Virus record (IMG/VR): IMGVR_UViG_3300048996_000163
Span: 1-64,000 of that record
Strand: one strand, 5' to 3'
DNA length: 64,000 nt
Source: a virus
Position numbers and translations under genes: made by a program. Below, piece by piece: positions 55,432 to 64,000 of this stretch. The notes below the pieces were generated by a model. That model searched no databases. It was given only the letters and a program-made list of their open reading frames with translations, and was not told where the DNA came from. Numbering within the stretch: position 1 is the stretch's first letter; every line of letters starts with the position of its first letter.

Positions 55432-55998
55432 GTGGCCAAACTCGGCTCGTTCTCCGTCGTCCAGAAGACCGCCGCCGCCAGCGACGGCAAACCCCGCGAA
55501 CCCGACACCTTCGAGTTCGAAGGCGAAGACTTCCGCGTCGTCGACACCGTCCCGTCGCTGCTGCCGCTAATGCAGTTCGCCGCAGCGATGGCTGCGACCG
55601 ACGACGGCAGCATCGACATGAACGGCCTCGCCGCCATGTACAACATGCTGCGCTACTGCATCGAACCCGCCGACTGGGCACGGTTCGAGAGGCTCGCCAT
55701 GAAGGCCAAAGCGGGCGCCGAGGACCTCCTCCCGATCACCGAGACGGTCTGGGAGGCCGTCACGTCGCGCCCTACGAACGGTCCGTCCGGCTCGCCGGAT
55801 GGGCCGTCGAACACTTCGACATCCTCGAGGGCAGGATCGCACTCACCCACGGACCCGCGCTCCGGCACGGACCGGTCGACGGGGCGCCCCTCGGTCATCG
55901 AAGGCGTCGCCACCGAGAACCCGGACGCGTGGGCTCCGCCGCCCGGCCGGCCGGACCTGTCGGCGCAGCTGACGCCGGTGGGGAACCTGGCCGCCTGA
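55432..55998 (+). CDS. Tail assembly chaperone (G-like)
   Basis: TFEFEGEDF..., W.RF, RPT followed by a Ser/Pro-rich tail; canonical position. Confidence 0.75.
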   Translation: MAKLGSFSVVQKTAAASDGKPREPDTFEFEGEDFRVVDTVPSLLPLMQFAAAMAATDDGSIDMNGLAAMYNMLRYCIEPADWARFERLAMKAKAGAEDLLPITETVWEAVTSRPTNGPSGSPDGPSNTSTSSRAGSHSPTDPRSGTDRSTGRPSVIEGVATENPDAWAPPPGRPDLSAQLTPVGNLAA

Positions 55999-56180
55999 CC
56001 GGCTGGCTCGTCGAGTGGCCGGCCACGACGCTGCTCAACGTGATCTACGCGCTGCTGATCGAGCACGCGAACGAAGAGCAGATCGCCGAGATCGAGAAGA
56101 GCCTCACCGCGTCATCCGACTCCGGCGACCCTGACGACCTCGCCGCGATCCTCGCCCGCGCCATCGCCGACGACGAATAG
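55770..56180 (+). CDS. Frameshift extension of the tail assembly chaperone (GT-like, -1 frame)
   Basis: -1 frame open from CCC TAC: PYERSVRLAGWAVEHFDILEGR...LLNVIYALLIE; no RBS or start of its own. Confidence 0.65.
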   Translation, partial: PYERSVRLAGWAVEHFDILEGRIALTHGPALRHGPVDGAPLGHRRRRHREPGRVGSAARPAGPVGAADAGGEPGRLTGWLVEWPATTLLNVIYALLIEHANEEQIAEIEKSLTASSDSGDPDDLAAILARAIADDE

Positions 56181-56188
56181 CGCTGGGG

Positions 56189-58651
56189 GTGCCCGTGGCA
56201 GCCCTTGCGACCCGGTATGTCCGTATTGCGGTCCAGCCCGGTTTCGCCGCACGGTTCCGGGACGCCGGGAACGACGCCGGGGCGGAGTTCGCCCGATCGT
56301 TCCGGCTACGCGCACAGGCCGCCCTCGCTGGGTTCAACCCGCGGGTCAGGGTCCAGCTCGACGTCGACTCGTTCAACCGACCCGTCCTGCCGCCGATCAA
56401 CTTGCGCGTCGGGTTCGACATGTCGCAGGCGGTCGCCGCCGGTCGCCGTGCCGCAGCGGTAGCCAACGCCGCCGCAGGGCCGATCAACCTCCGCGTCGAC
56501 GGCGGCAGTGGCCTCGGCAACATGTTCGGCCTGGTGAATGTCGCGGGCAGCGCGATCCACTCGCTGTCGATCAACCTCACCGAGGTCACGAACAACATGA
56601 CGCAGGCGGCGTCGTCGGCGGGGAGCTTCGCCAGTTCACTGACGAATCTGGGCGGCCCGATTGGTCAGGCGGTCGGCGTCGCCAAGGTCGTGTTCATCAT
56701 CGCGGCGCTGCCCGCGGTCGCGATGGCCGCTACGGCCGCCCTGTACACGCTCGGCGGTGCGCTCGGGTCGCTGCCTGCGGTGTCGGTGGGGTTGGGGTTC
56801 AGTGTCGGCGCGCTCGGCCTCGGGTTCATGGGACTCGCGGACCATTTGAGGTCCGTCCCGAAGGCGGGCGGCGGCGCATCGAAGTCCCTCGCCGCGCTGC
56901 ACAACGCCATGCGGTCCGTGACGCGCGCGCAGCGGGAGCTGACGAAAGCCACCCTCGACATTGACAAGGCGCGCGCCGACGAGATCGAACGCATCGACGA
57001 TCTTGGACGGGCGTTGCGAGGTTCGGTCCTCGACGAGGAGGACGCAGCAGCCGCCGTCGCGAAGGCCCGGACCGAGCTCGCAGCAGCCAAGGCAGCCGGT
57101 GACCCCAACGCGATCGGTGAGGCGGACCGCGCCTACCGGCGGTCCCTGCTCACCCTCGAAGAGGCCCGCGACAAAACCGGCGACCTGGCGGACGAGAAGG
57201 CGAAATCCGACGCCGACGGGGTCGAAGGCTCCGACCAGGTACAGAAGGCCCTCGAACGGCAACGCGACGCGGTCGACGCGTTGACCGCCGCACAGGAAGC
57301 CCTGGCCGAGGCGCAGAAGTCCGGCGGCGGTGGCGGCGCGGCACGGCAGCTGATGAAGCTCGCGCCAGCTGCCGAAGAGGTCGTGGCGAAGCTGAAGCAG
57401 TTGAAGCCGGTGTTTGAGGACATCCGGCTCGCCGTGCAGCAGTCCCTATTCAAGGGTGTGGCGCCGGAATTGCAGCGGCTCGCGGACGCGTGGAAGCAGC
57501 CGCTGAAGTCGACGCTGACGTCGTACGCGTCGACGTTCAACTCGATGTTCATGAACCTCGGCAAGTCGGTCCGGAACCCCGAGTTCATCAAGAACATCAC
57601 GTCGGGCGCGGAGACCGTCCGCACGAACATCGACAAGATCGGAAAGGCGATCACGGGGCCGCTTGTCGACGCGTTCGGCCGGCTGGCGAGGGCCGCGAAG
57701 CCGTTCGTTGACATGCTCGGCGACAAGATCGCGGGGATGGTCGAGCACTTCTCCGACTGGATCAAATCTGCGGACGAGTCCGGCAACCTGACGAAGTTTT
57801 TCGAGGATGCCAGCTACTACTTGGATTTGATCTGGCAGATCGGTGGCAATGTCCTCGGCCTGTTCGGCGACATCTTCGCGATCATCTTCAACACGAAGGA
57901 CCAGGGCGGGACGAAGCCGTGGCTGGAAGGCTTCAACGAGCAGCTACTGATGCTGCGGGAGTGGCTGAAGGACCCCGAGAACCAGAAGCGGATCAAGGAC
58001 TTCATCGACCGGATCGGCGACCTTGTCCGGCACGCTGAAGAGTTCACCCTCTGGGTGACGGAGAAGGGCCTCCCCGCCCTGGACCAGCTGATTGACAACT
58101 TCGGGAAGACCTCCAACGCGATCTCCGATGTGATCGGCTGGATCCAGACGTACATCGGCTGGTGGCAGCGACTCAGGGACCGGCTACTCGCCCCGCTCAA
58201 CTTCGGCGGCATGTTCGACGGGCTGTACAGCGCGTTCAAGTGGGCAGTCAACAACATCATCTACGCCTGGAACCGGCTGAGTTTCACCGTCCCGAGCATC
58301 TCCGCGTGGGGTTTCTCGACACCGTCGTTCACCGTCAACACCTCGGACGTCAAGCCACTAGCCAAGGGCGGCGTCGCACGCGCCACCCCGGGCGGCATCA
58401 CCGCGCAGATCGCTGAGGGCGGCAAGGATGAGGCGGTCGCGCCCGTCGACGTCCTCATGGGCTACATCACGACCGCTGTCGCTGCGGCTATCGGTCAGGG
58501 CGGTCAGGGCGGCGACATCGTCATCCCGATCTACATGTTCCCGAACGCCGCCGAGTATGACCGGTTCGTCATCGGCGCCGCCGAACGGAACAGCGGCACC
58601 ATCGCGAAGATCGCCAACGCGGGGAACAAGAGCATCAAGTACGCAACCTGA
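56189..58651 (+). CDS. Tape measure protein (820 aa)
   Basis: Long Ala/Gly-rich helical ORF, KLAPAA, VQQSLF.G, aromatic periodicity, PLAKGGV...IAEGG.DEAV.P. Confidence 0.9.
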   Translation: MPVAALATRYVRIAVQPGFAARFRDAGNDAGAEFARSFRLRAQAALAGFNPRVRVQLDVDSFNRPVLPPINLRVGFDMSQAVAAGRRAAAVANAAAGPINLRVDGGSGLGNMFGLVNVAGSAIHSLSINLTEVTNNMTQAASSAGSFASSLTNLGGPIGQAVGVAKVVFIIAALPAVAMAATAALYTLGGALGSLPAVSVGLGFSVGALGLGFMGLADHLRSVPKAGGGASKSLAALHNAMRSVTRAQRELTKATLDIDKARADEIERIDDLGRALRGSVLDEEDAAAAVAKARTELAAAKAAGDPNAIGEADRAYRRSLLTLEEARDKTGDLADEKAKSDADGVEGSDQVQKALERQRDAVDALTAAQEALAEAQKSGGGGGAARQLMKLAPAAEEVVAKLKQLKPVFEDIRLAVQQSLFKGVAPELQRLADAWKQPLKSTLTSYASTFNSMFMNLGKSVRNPEFIKNITSGAETVRTNIDKIGKAITGPLVDAFGRLARAAKPFVDMLGDKIAGMVEHFSDWIKSADESGNLTKFFEDASYYLDLIWQIGGNVLGLFGDIFAIIFNTKDQGGTKPWLEGFNEQLLMLREWLKDPENQKRIKDFIDRIGDLVRHAEEFTLWVTEKGLPALDQLIDNFGKTSNAISDVIGWIQTYIGWWQRLRDRLLAPLNFGGMFDGLYSAFKWAVNNIIYAWNRLSFTVPSISAWGFSTPSFTVNTSDVKPLAKGGVARATPGGITAQIAEGGKDEAVAPVDVLMGYITTAVAAAIGQGGQGGDIVIPIYMFPNAAEYDRFVIGAAERNSGTIAKIANAGNKSIKYAT

Positions 58652-59053
58652 TCACTTGTTGCAGGCGTCATACGCCTTGCCGAACCCCGGATCGCTGGCC
58701 ACCTCACCGCCGACCGCATGGTACGGCTCACCGTCGCGTCCCCACCCGCGCGCGGCACCCGTCGACGCGTCGACGGTGTACAGGCGACCACCGTCAGCAC
58801 ACCGTTGCGAGCCGACGATCTGCACACCGCCGTCCGGGTCGAGGCAGCCGACGGAAGCCTGCTCCACGCTGTAGCGGATCACCTTCCCCGGCACGAACAC
58901 GTCCGCGCACTTCGGTCGCGGAGGCTGCGAAGCGAACGCCGGCATCGTGCCACCCGCCGGGCCGGTCCCCCCGTCGCCGCTCGCGTCCGAGGGGTCATCA
59001 CCGCACCCGGCGAGCGCGAACAGCAGAACGGCAGCGGGCAGGGCGCGACGCAT
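58652..59053 (-). CDS. Lipoprotein (moron-like)
   Basis: MRRALPAAVLLFALAGC lipobox; GGAGG RBS; four further Cys. Confidence 0.8.
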   Translation of the reverse strand: MRRALPAAVLLFALAGCGDDPSDASGDGGTGPAGGTMPAFASQPPRPKCADVFVPGKVIRYSVEQASVGCLDPDGGVQIVGSQRCADGGRLYTVDASTGAARGWGRDGEPYHAVGGEVASDPGFGKAYDACNK

Positions 59054-59149
59054 CGATCCTCCACGGTGTCGGGGATCCCCGATCCTGCCGCCACTCGCCG
59101 CAATCGGCCAGCCCCTGTCAGCTACAAGAGGTCCGCCAGACGGGGGTGA

Positions 59150-60028
59150 GTGGTGACTTTCTGGCTGGGCGCACCCGCGTCCGTACTCACCGCGCTCCCC
59201 CACCCGGGCAGGGGACTCGACGCGCCGCTGAACATCCCGACGAACCCACGCCAGACGATCGGCGGTGGCCTCGCCGTCGACCGGGCGCCCAAAGGTACCC
59301 GGACGTACGAATTGGCCTGGACGTCGCTGAGCCCCGAGCAGCACTCGATCGTCGAAGAGTTCCAGCACGGCGCCCGCGGGCGCGGCCCGTTCATCCTCCT
59401 CGACCCGTGGCGACGTAACCACCTCACCGCCAACCAGTCCTCGGCGACATCGACGTGGAACACCACCACCGGGTTCACGCCGTCCGCGTCGGAGACCGTC
59501 GCATCCGCGACCACCCCGGTCCGCCGCGGCCCACGAGCCCTCGCGTGGACGATCCCGTCGAGCTCCACCGCCGGCATCCTCACCATCACCCCACCGTCCG
59601 GGCACACGATGTGGCCCACCCCCGCCCTCGCGACGTGGACGTTCAGCGCGTGGGTCCGCGGCGGCGGCACCGACCCGATCGTCACCATCGGCTCCGACAT
59701 CGTCTGGCTGGACACGGCCGGCGCGACCCTGTCCACGGCGACCGGGTCGACGATCGCGTCGGCGTCCGGCGCCTACGCGCAGATCTCGCAGATCTCGACC
59801 GCCCCCGCCGGTGCGGTCGGGTTCAACCTGCGACTACGGGTCACCCCCGCCTCGGTGTCCGCATCCGCGACCCTCTACGTCGACCAGCCGCAACTCGACA
59901 TGTACAACGGCGTCCGCAACTGGGTGTTCGGGACCGGCGTCCCCCTCGTCTCGTGCACAGCGAAGGGCACCGCGTACCGCAAGCCGGTCAAGAACTCGGC
60001 CAGCCTCACCCTCGCCGAGGTGGGTTGA
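59150..60028 (+). CDS. Distal tail-like protein with inserted carbohydrate-binding-like domain
   Basis: Follows TMP; GPF.LLDP...N.LT.NQ; TFSAWVR...W.D.AG..LS...APAGA...YVD..QL. Confidence 0.7.
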   Translation: MVTFWLGAPASVLTALPHPGRGLDAPLNIPTNPRQTIGGGLAVDRAPKGTRTYELAWTSLSPEQHSIVEEFQHGARGRGPFILLDPWRRNHLTANQSSATSTWNTTTGFTPSASETVASATTPVRRGPRALAWTIPSSSTAGILTITPPSGHTMWPTPALATWTFSAWVRGGGTDPIVTIGSDIVWLDTAGATLSTATGSTIASASGAYAQISQISTAPAGAVGFNLRLRVTPASVSASATLYVDQPQLDMYNGVRNWVFGTGVPLVSCTAKGTAYRKPVKNSASLTLAEVG

Positions 60029-62997
60029 TGCGCGTCGTCACGCCCACGCTCGCCGCCGCGATCGAAGCCGTCGAACGGGTCGTCGACGCGACCGCCGCCG
60101 TCGACTGGGACGGCGACGGATACAACACCATCGACACGTCCGACCCGTTCAACCGGGTCACGTCCAGTGGGATCAACCCGCACCCGACGCTCGGCACCGC
60201 CTACCTCCACACCGGCGTCGGCGGGACCGTCGTCACCACCGACACCATCGCCACCGGCAGTGAAGTGACCATGTCCGTGCCCGTCGCGGCCGGGTTCCGG
60301 ATCGCCTACCTGCGCGCCGCGGTCCTCAACGTCGAGGACACCGACATCACCGTCGAATGGTCCTGCCCCGCACCGACCGGCGGGGACCTCGAACCCGGCA
60401 ACATCTACGTCCGCTGCCAGGACCAGAGCAACTACGTCATGGGCCGGGTCGTCGTCACCCCTGCCGGCGTCGTCATGGTCGCGATCTTCCACAACCAGAC
60501 CGTCCCGTCGGGCAACAGCTACGTCCTCCTCGACCCGACCGTCGTCACCGGCCTCGTGTTCGACCCGGCCGTGCACTGGAAGACCCGCGTCCAGGTCATC
60601 AGCAACCGCTACCGGATCAAAGTCTGGCGCGTCGACGTGGCGCAACCCGACGACTGGGCGGCGACCGTGTACGACGCCGCCGTCTGGACCTCCGGCGGGT
60701 GGGGGCTGCGTTGCGGGGTCGCGGCCGGCAACACGAACACGAAACCGGTCGTGTTCACGATCCACGACGTGACGGTCGCGTTCTCCCCCGAGGACGACAT
60801 CTCGGGGAAGCTCGCCGATTTCTCGATCGACCGGGACATGCGCGGGCAGCTCCCCGACGAGGTCCTCGTCGTCGAGGGGATCTCCGCCGCGACCGGATCC
60901 GGATCCCTGACCGCCGCCGACACCGTCGACGAAGTCCTCGACACCGTCCGGTACTTCAGCCGCACCAACCCGGGCTCGCCGATCTACGGCAAACCCCGCG
61001 ACTCCCGCGACTTCCGGCTCGCGGCCCGGTTCGTCACCGACGCCGGGTTCGAGACCGCGCCCCGCCTCACCGGCGCCGTCGTCCGCGCGATTCCCGTCAA
61101 CGCCGGAAACCGGACCGCGAGCATCGAGGTCATCGACGGCCGCGACCGGTTCCGGCTGCCGATCACCCTGCCCGCCGTCATCGCCGACGGGGCATGGGAC
61201 GGCACCGCGGCGATCCCGACGAAACCGGGCCTCGAAGCGTCGTGGATCGCCAGCTACGTCCTGAGCCGGTGCGGGTACCCGCTCAGCCCGCGCCCCCGCG
61301 CTGAATGCCGGCTGTTCATGCCGATGCACGGGTCGATGACACCGTTCATCCAGACGCCGTACAGCGGCGCACCCCTCGCCAAGTACGAGCCGTCGACCAC
61401 GACCAGCGCCCCGGAGCGGGTGAAGTTCACCAGCGGCCCGTTCTTCCTCGCCGCCGATCCTCTTGCCGCCGGCGCCGGGTACATCTCCGCGAAAGCCCCT
61501 GTCAACGCGGCCCCGACGGACCTGTGGAACAGCGTCGGCCGGGCCACCGGCATCCGCATCGAAGTGTGGGTCAAGCGGACCGGCAGCGAACCGACCGTCG
61601 ACGCCGCGCACGTCGGCGTCTACAACGACGTCCTGCCGACCCAGTCGAGCGTGAACTTCTGGGCCCGCACCGCCGGCACCCTCGCCGTCCTCATCAGCAA
61701 CGGCGCCAGCAGCTTCTTCGCCGTGTCGGTCCCGACGTTCAGCGCGAACGTCTGGCATCTCGTCGGTGTCCACGTCGACGACGTCCTCGGGCGTATCACG
61801 TGGCGGATCGACGGCACCTCCACCGTCGTCACGTACGCGCCGACGACGTCGGGGACGCTCGTCACCGCGTCGGCGGTCGCGTGCAGCATGGAGTCGTACG
61901 CGCAATGCTCCGACCTGCACGTGTCCGCATGCGACGAGGCGACCGCGTGGCTGCCGACAGCGCACACGTCCGGCGCCGTCGTCGACCGGCTGCAGAACCG
62001 GACGATGGGCGGCCTGTACCCGGACAAGCCGATCGAGGCGTGGCAGATCCTGCAGGACGTCACCGCCGCCGAGATGGGCACCTGCCGCATCGACTACGAC
62101 GGCCGGCCCACCGTGTGGTCCGCGGCCCGCCGCAACTCCCCCGACTCCCTCAACGTGCAGCGGACCGTGACTGCCCGGCAGCACCTGACGGACGTCGGCT
62201 ACGACGACCGCCGGGACATGATCCGCAACCTGCTGCGGGTGCCGTGGGTGAACCTGACCACCGGCGGTTTCGCGCCCGTCTGGTCGCTGACGGAACTCGT
62301 CTACATCGAGTCCGGGGATACGCAGACGTACCAGGTGAAGCTCGAAAACCCGCTCGCCGGGTCGATCGTCACGCTCACCGGCACCTGCCAGCGCAACGCC
62401 GACGGCACCGGCGGCGGCTACGGGTACACCGACATCCTCGAGTCGGGGATCCGCGCGAACCTGACGCTCACCTCGCCGACAGCGGCGACGATCACGCTCA
62501 CGAACATCAGCCCGTACCTGCTGTGGCTCGTCGACACCGGCGGCGTCCCCGACCTCATCATGACCGGCACCGCACTGAAGAAGCTCGACACCGACCCGGT
62601 GCAGGTCCAGGACGACGCGGCGATCGCCAGACGCGGCGGCCCCGGCATCGGGGAAGCGCCGCTCGACGTCGACGACAACCCGTACAGGCAGTCGATGCAA
62701 CTCGCGTACGGCGTCGCCTACGCGCTCCTCGCGTCGCTCAGGGACGAGCAGGTCGTCTTCACCGACATCACGATCCCCGGCGACCCGCGCCTGGAGGACC
62801 TCGACCGGATCCAGGTCCAGGACCCTGGCGGGCTCGTCCTGGACACCCCGGTCCTCATCGAGGGCATCGGCGACGACTTCTCGCCCGGCTCGTACGACAT
62901 GAGCCTGGTGGCCAGACCTGCCCGCGACCAGTGGCTCCTCGGCGGCCCCGGAGTCGGCACCCCGCTCGGTTCCACGATCCTGGGAGGGCTGCCTTGA
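60028..62997 (+). CDS. Large minor tail/hub protein with LamG-like region
   Basis: VDWDGDG, IEVWVK..WHLVGV, AW.ILQD..AAE.G....D..G, IPGDPRLE..D. Confidence 0.8.
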   Translation: MRVVTPTLAAAIEAVERVVDATAAVDWDGDGYNTIDTSDPFNRVTSSGINPHPTLGTAYLHTGVGGTVVTTDTIATGSEVTMSVPVAAGFRIAYLRAAVLNVEDTDITVEWSCPAPTGGDLEPGNIYVRCQDQSNYVMGRVVVTPAGVVMVAIFHNQTVPSGNSYVLLDPTVVTGLVFDPAVHWKTRVQVISNRYRIKVWRVDVAQPDDWAATVYDAAVWTSGGWGLRCGVAAGNTNTKPVVFTIHDVTVAFSPEDDISGKLADFSIDRDMRGQLPDEVLVVEGISAATGSGSLTAADTVDEVLDTVRYFSRTNPGSPIYGKPRDSRDFRLAARFVTDAGFETAPRLTGAVVRAIPVNAGNRTASIEVIDGRDRFRLPITLPAVIADGAWDGTAAIPTKPGLEASWIASYVLSRCGYPLSPRPRAECRLFMPMHGSMTPFIQTPYSGAPLAKYEPSTTTSAPERVKFTSGPFFLAADPLAAGAGYISAKAPVNAAPTDLWNSVGRATGIRIEVWVKRTGSEPTVDAAHVGVYNDVLPTQSSVNFWARTAGTLAVLISNGASSFFAVSVPTFSANVWHLVGVHVDDVLGRITWRIDGTSTVVTYAPTTSGTLVTASAVACSMESYAQCSDLHVSACDEATAWLPTAHTSGAVVDRLQNRTMGGLYPDKPIEAWQILQDVTAAEMGTCRIDYDGRPTVWSAARRNSPDSLNVQRTVTARQHLTDVGYDDRRDMIRNLLRVPWVNLTTGGFAPVWSLTELVYIESGDTQTYQVKLENPLAGSIVTLTGTCQRNADGTGGGYGYTDILESGIRANLTLTSPTAATITLTNISPYLLWLVDTGGVPDLIMTGTALKKLDTDPVQVQDDAAIARRGGPGIGEAPLDVDDNPYRQSMQLAYGVAYALLASLRDEQVVFTDITIPGDPRLEDLDRIQVQDPGGLVLDTPVLIEGIGDDFSPGSYDMSLVARPARDQWLLGGPGVGTPLGSTILGGLP

Positions 62998-63527
62998 CCT
63001 ATACCGCGCCGATCGTCCTCGACGGGTTCCCGGTCCCGGCGGCGCTGCTGCAGGCGGCGCTAGACGAGATCGCCCGGCTCGCCGCGACCGCGATCAAACC
63101 GCACGCGTTCCTCAGGCAGACGTCGAATCAGTCGATCGGGCACGGCGCTTGGACGGCGCTCGCGTGGGGCGTCGAGGACTTCGACACGCACGGCGGGCAT
63201 GACCTGGTGACGAACACGTCCCGGTACACGGCGGTCGTTGCCGGCACGTACACCGTCCTCGTGCGCGGCGGGTTCGCTGCGAACAGCACTGGCCACCGCG
63301 GCGTGCGGGTCGCGAAGAACGGCGCTGTCGTCAACAACTCCGCCAACTACAAGCAAACGACCACGGCCGATGTCTGGTCCGATCTTGGCAGCGCCGACGT
63401 GCACCTCAACGTCGGCGAGTACGTCGAGGGGCAGGTCATCCAGGACTCCGGCGGCGCGATCAACACGAGCGCTTCCGCCGGCGACGTCGGCCCGTCCATG
63501 TCCGTGACGCTCATCAACAAGGACTGA
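62994..63527 (+). CDS. Tail fibre/tip protein (C1q/TNF-like)
   Basis: TTG start after GGGAGGG; LRQT..QSI....W......EDFD..GGH....NTSRYT...AG.Y...LN.GEYVE...QDSG. Confidence 0.75.
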   Translation: MTYTAPIVLDGFPVPAALLQAALDEIARLAATAIKPHAFLRQTSNQSIGHGAWTALAWGVEDFDTHGGHDLVTNTSRYTAVVAGTYTVLVRGGFAANSTGHRGVRVAKNGAVVNNSANYKQTTTADVWSDLGSADVHLNVGEYVEGQVIQDSGGAINTSASAGDVGPSMSVTLINKD

Positions 63528-63536
63528 GGTAATGGC

Positions 63537-63815
63537 ATGTGGTCGATGATCGGCGCTGACCGGTGGGTCACGGAACAACCGGACGGCAGCAGCAACTACC
63601 TGCTCGCCACCGACGGACGCCTGCTGGAGCTCCACGTCGAGGCTGATGCGGCCACCCTGCACGAGTACACCGGCACGGCCCCCGACGCCAGCGCGCCGCT
63701 CATCGGATCCGCCCACCAGCGGACGACCGTCCGGCCGGACCTCGCGGGCGCCGACGCGGACGCGGTGTGGCTGGCGCTTGCGGGAGTCACGGATGAGCAG
63801 GCGGCCGGCCAGTGA
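63537..63815 (+). CDS. Hypothetical protein
   Basis: GAGG RBS, coupled to the next gene. Confidence 0.55.
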   Translation: MWSMIGADRWVTEQPDGSSNYLLATDGRLLELHVEADAATLHEYTGTAPDASAPLIGSAHQRTTVRPDLAGADADAVWLALAGVTDEQAAGQ

Positions 63816-64000
63816 CCTCAGCCCCCGCCGACCTGCTCGCCTTCCGCACCGACGGCCGTAGCGTGACCGGCCTGCCCGCCGTTGAGTTCGGCCTCGCCCC
63901 CGACGCAGCCCACCTGAGCTCGGGCGGCTACCACGTCGGGGTCGAGGACATCCAGCGGATCGGGCGCTGGCTGACGGACTACTCGACGCGGCAGGCCCGC
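63812..64000 (+). CDS. Probable endolysin, N-terminal fragment (runs off the window)
   Basis: VTSAPADLL...G...DAAH..GGYH.G.......DYS....R; lysis position after the tail genes. Confidence 0.6.
   Translation, partial: MTSAPADLLAFRTDGRSVTGLPAVEFGLAPDAAHLSSGGYHVGVEDIQRIGRWLTDYSTRQAR

Larger units (their letters stand above)
1..64000 (+). mobile_element. Tailed phage/prophage genome segment (siphovirus-like, actinobacterial host), truncated at both window ends
   Basis: Colinear replication, packaging, head, tail and lysis genes; WhiB genes and high GC point to Actinomycetota; no host housekeeping block. Confidence 0.95.

Noticed and set aside
1-64000. Integrase, att sites, tRNA genes, reverse transcriptase or diversity-generating retroelement
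   Set aside because: No supporting motifs seen by eye in this window; they may lie outside it

Overview
High-GC (roughly 70% by eye) actinobacterial tailed-phage or prophage DNA. Almost all genes are on the + strand and tightly packed through ATGA/GTGA overlaps. No integrase, attachment site, tRNA or CRISPR array is visible, so temperate versus lytic cannot be decided from this window. Gene order: (1) recombination/replication block with RecE-like exonuclease, RecT-like protein, RuvC-like resolvase, SSB, two WhiB, dTMP kinase, helicase-methyltransferase, Rep with internal iterons and DnaB; (2) about 10 kb of small accessory ORFs; (3) a putative late regulator and promoter; (4) terminase, portal, a double ADP-ribosyltransferase, MuF-like and 2H-phosphoesterase genes, protease/scaffold and major capsid; (5) a long head-accessory cluster; (6) a siphovirus-type tail module and the start of an endolysin. 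The window carries four inteins. The most striking observation is the terminase intein (33002-34504). Its in-frame interior shows no recognisable domain, while the +1 frame of the same DNA encodes a complete zinc-finger-repeat HNH endonuclease, i.e. a homing endonuclease overprinted on an intein. Also notable are a ~630-bp highly structured non-coding region with a group II intron domain V-like hairpin (9388-10025), two class 3 inteins (Gly1 and Ala1), and an antisense RHH cassette with a clear promoter and twin operators. All family assignments come from motif recognition by eye; no database search was run.
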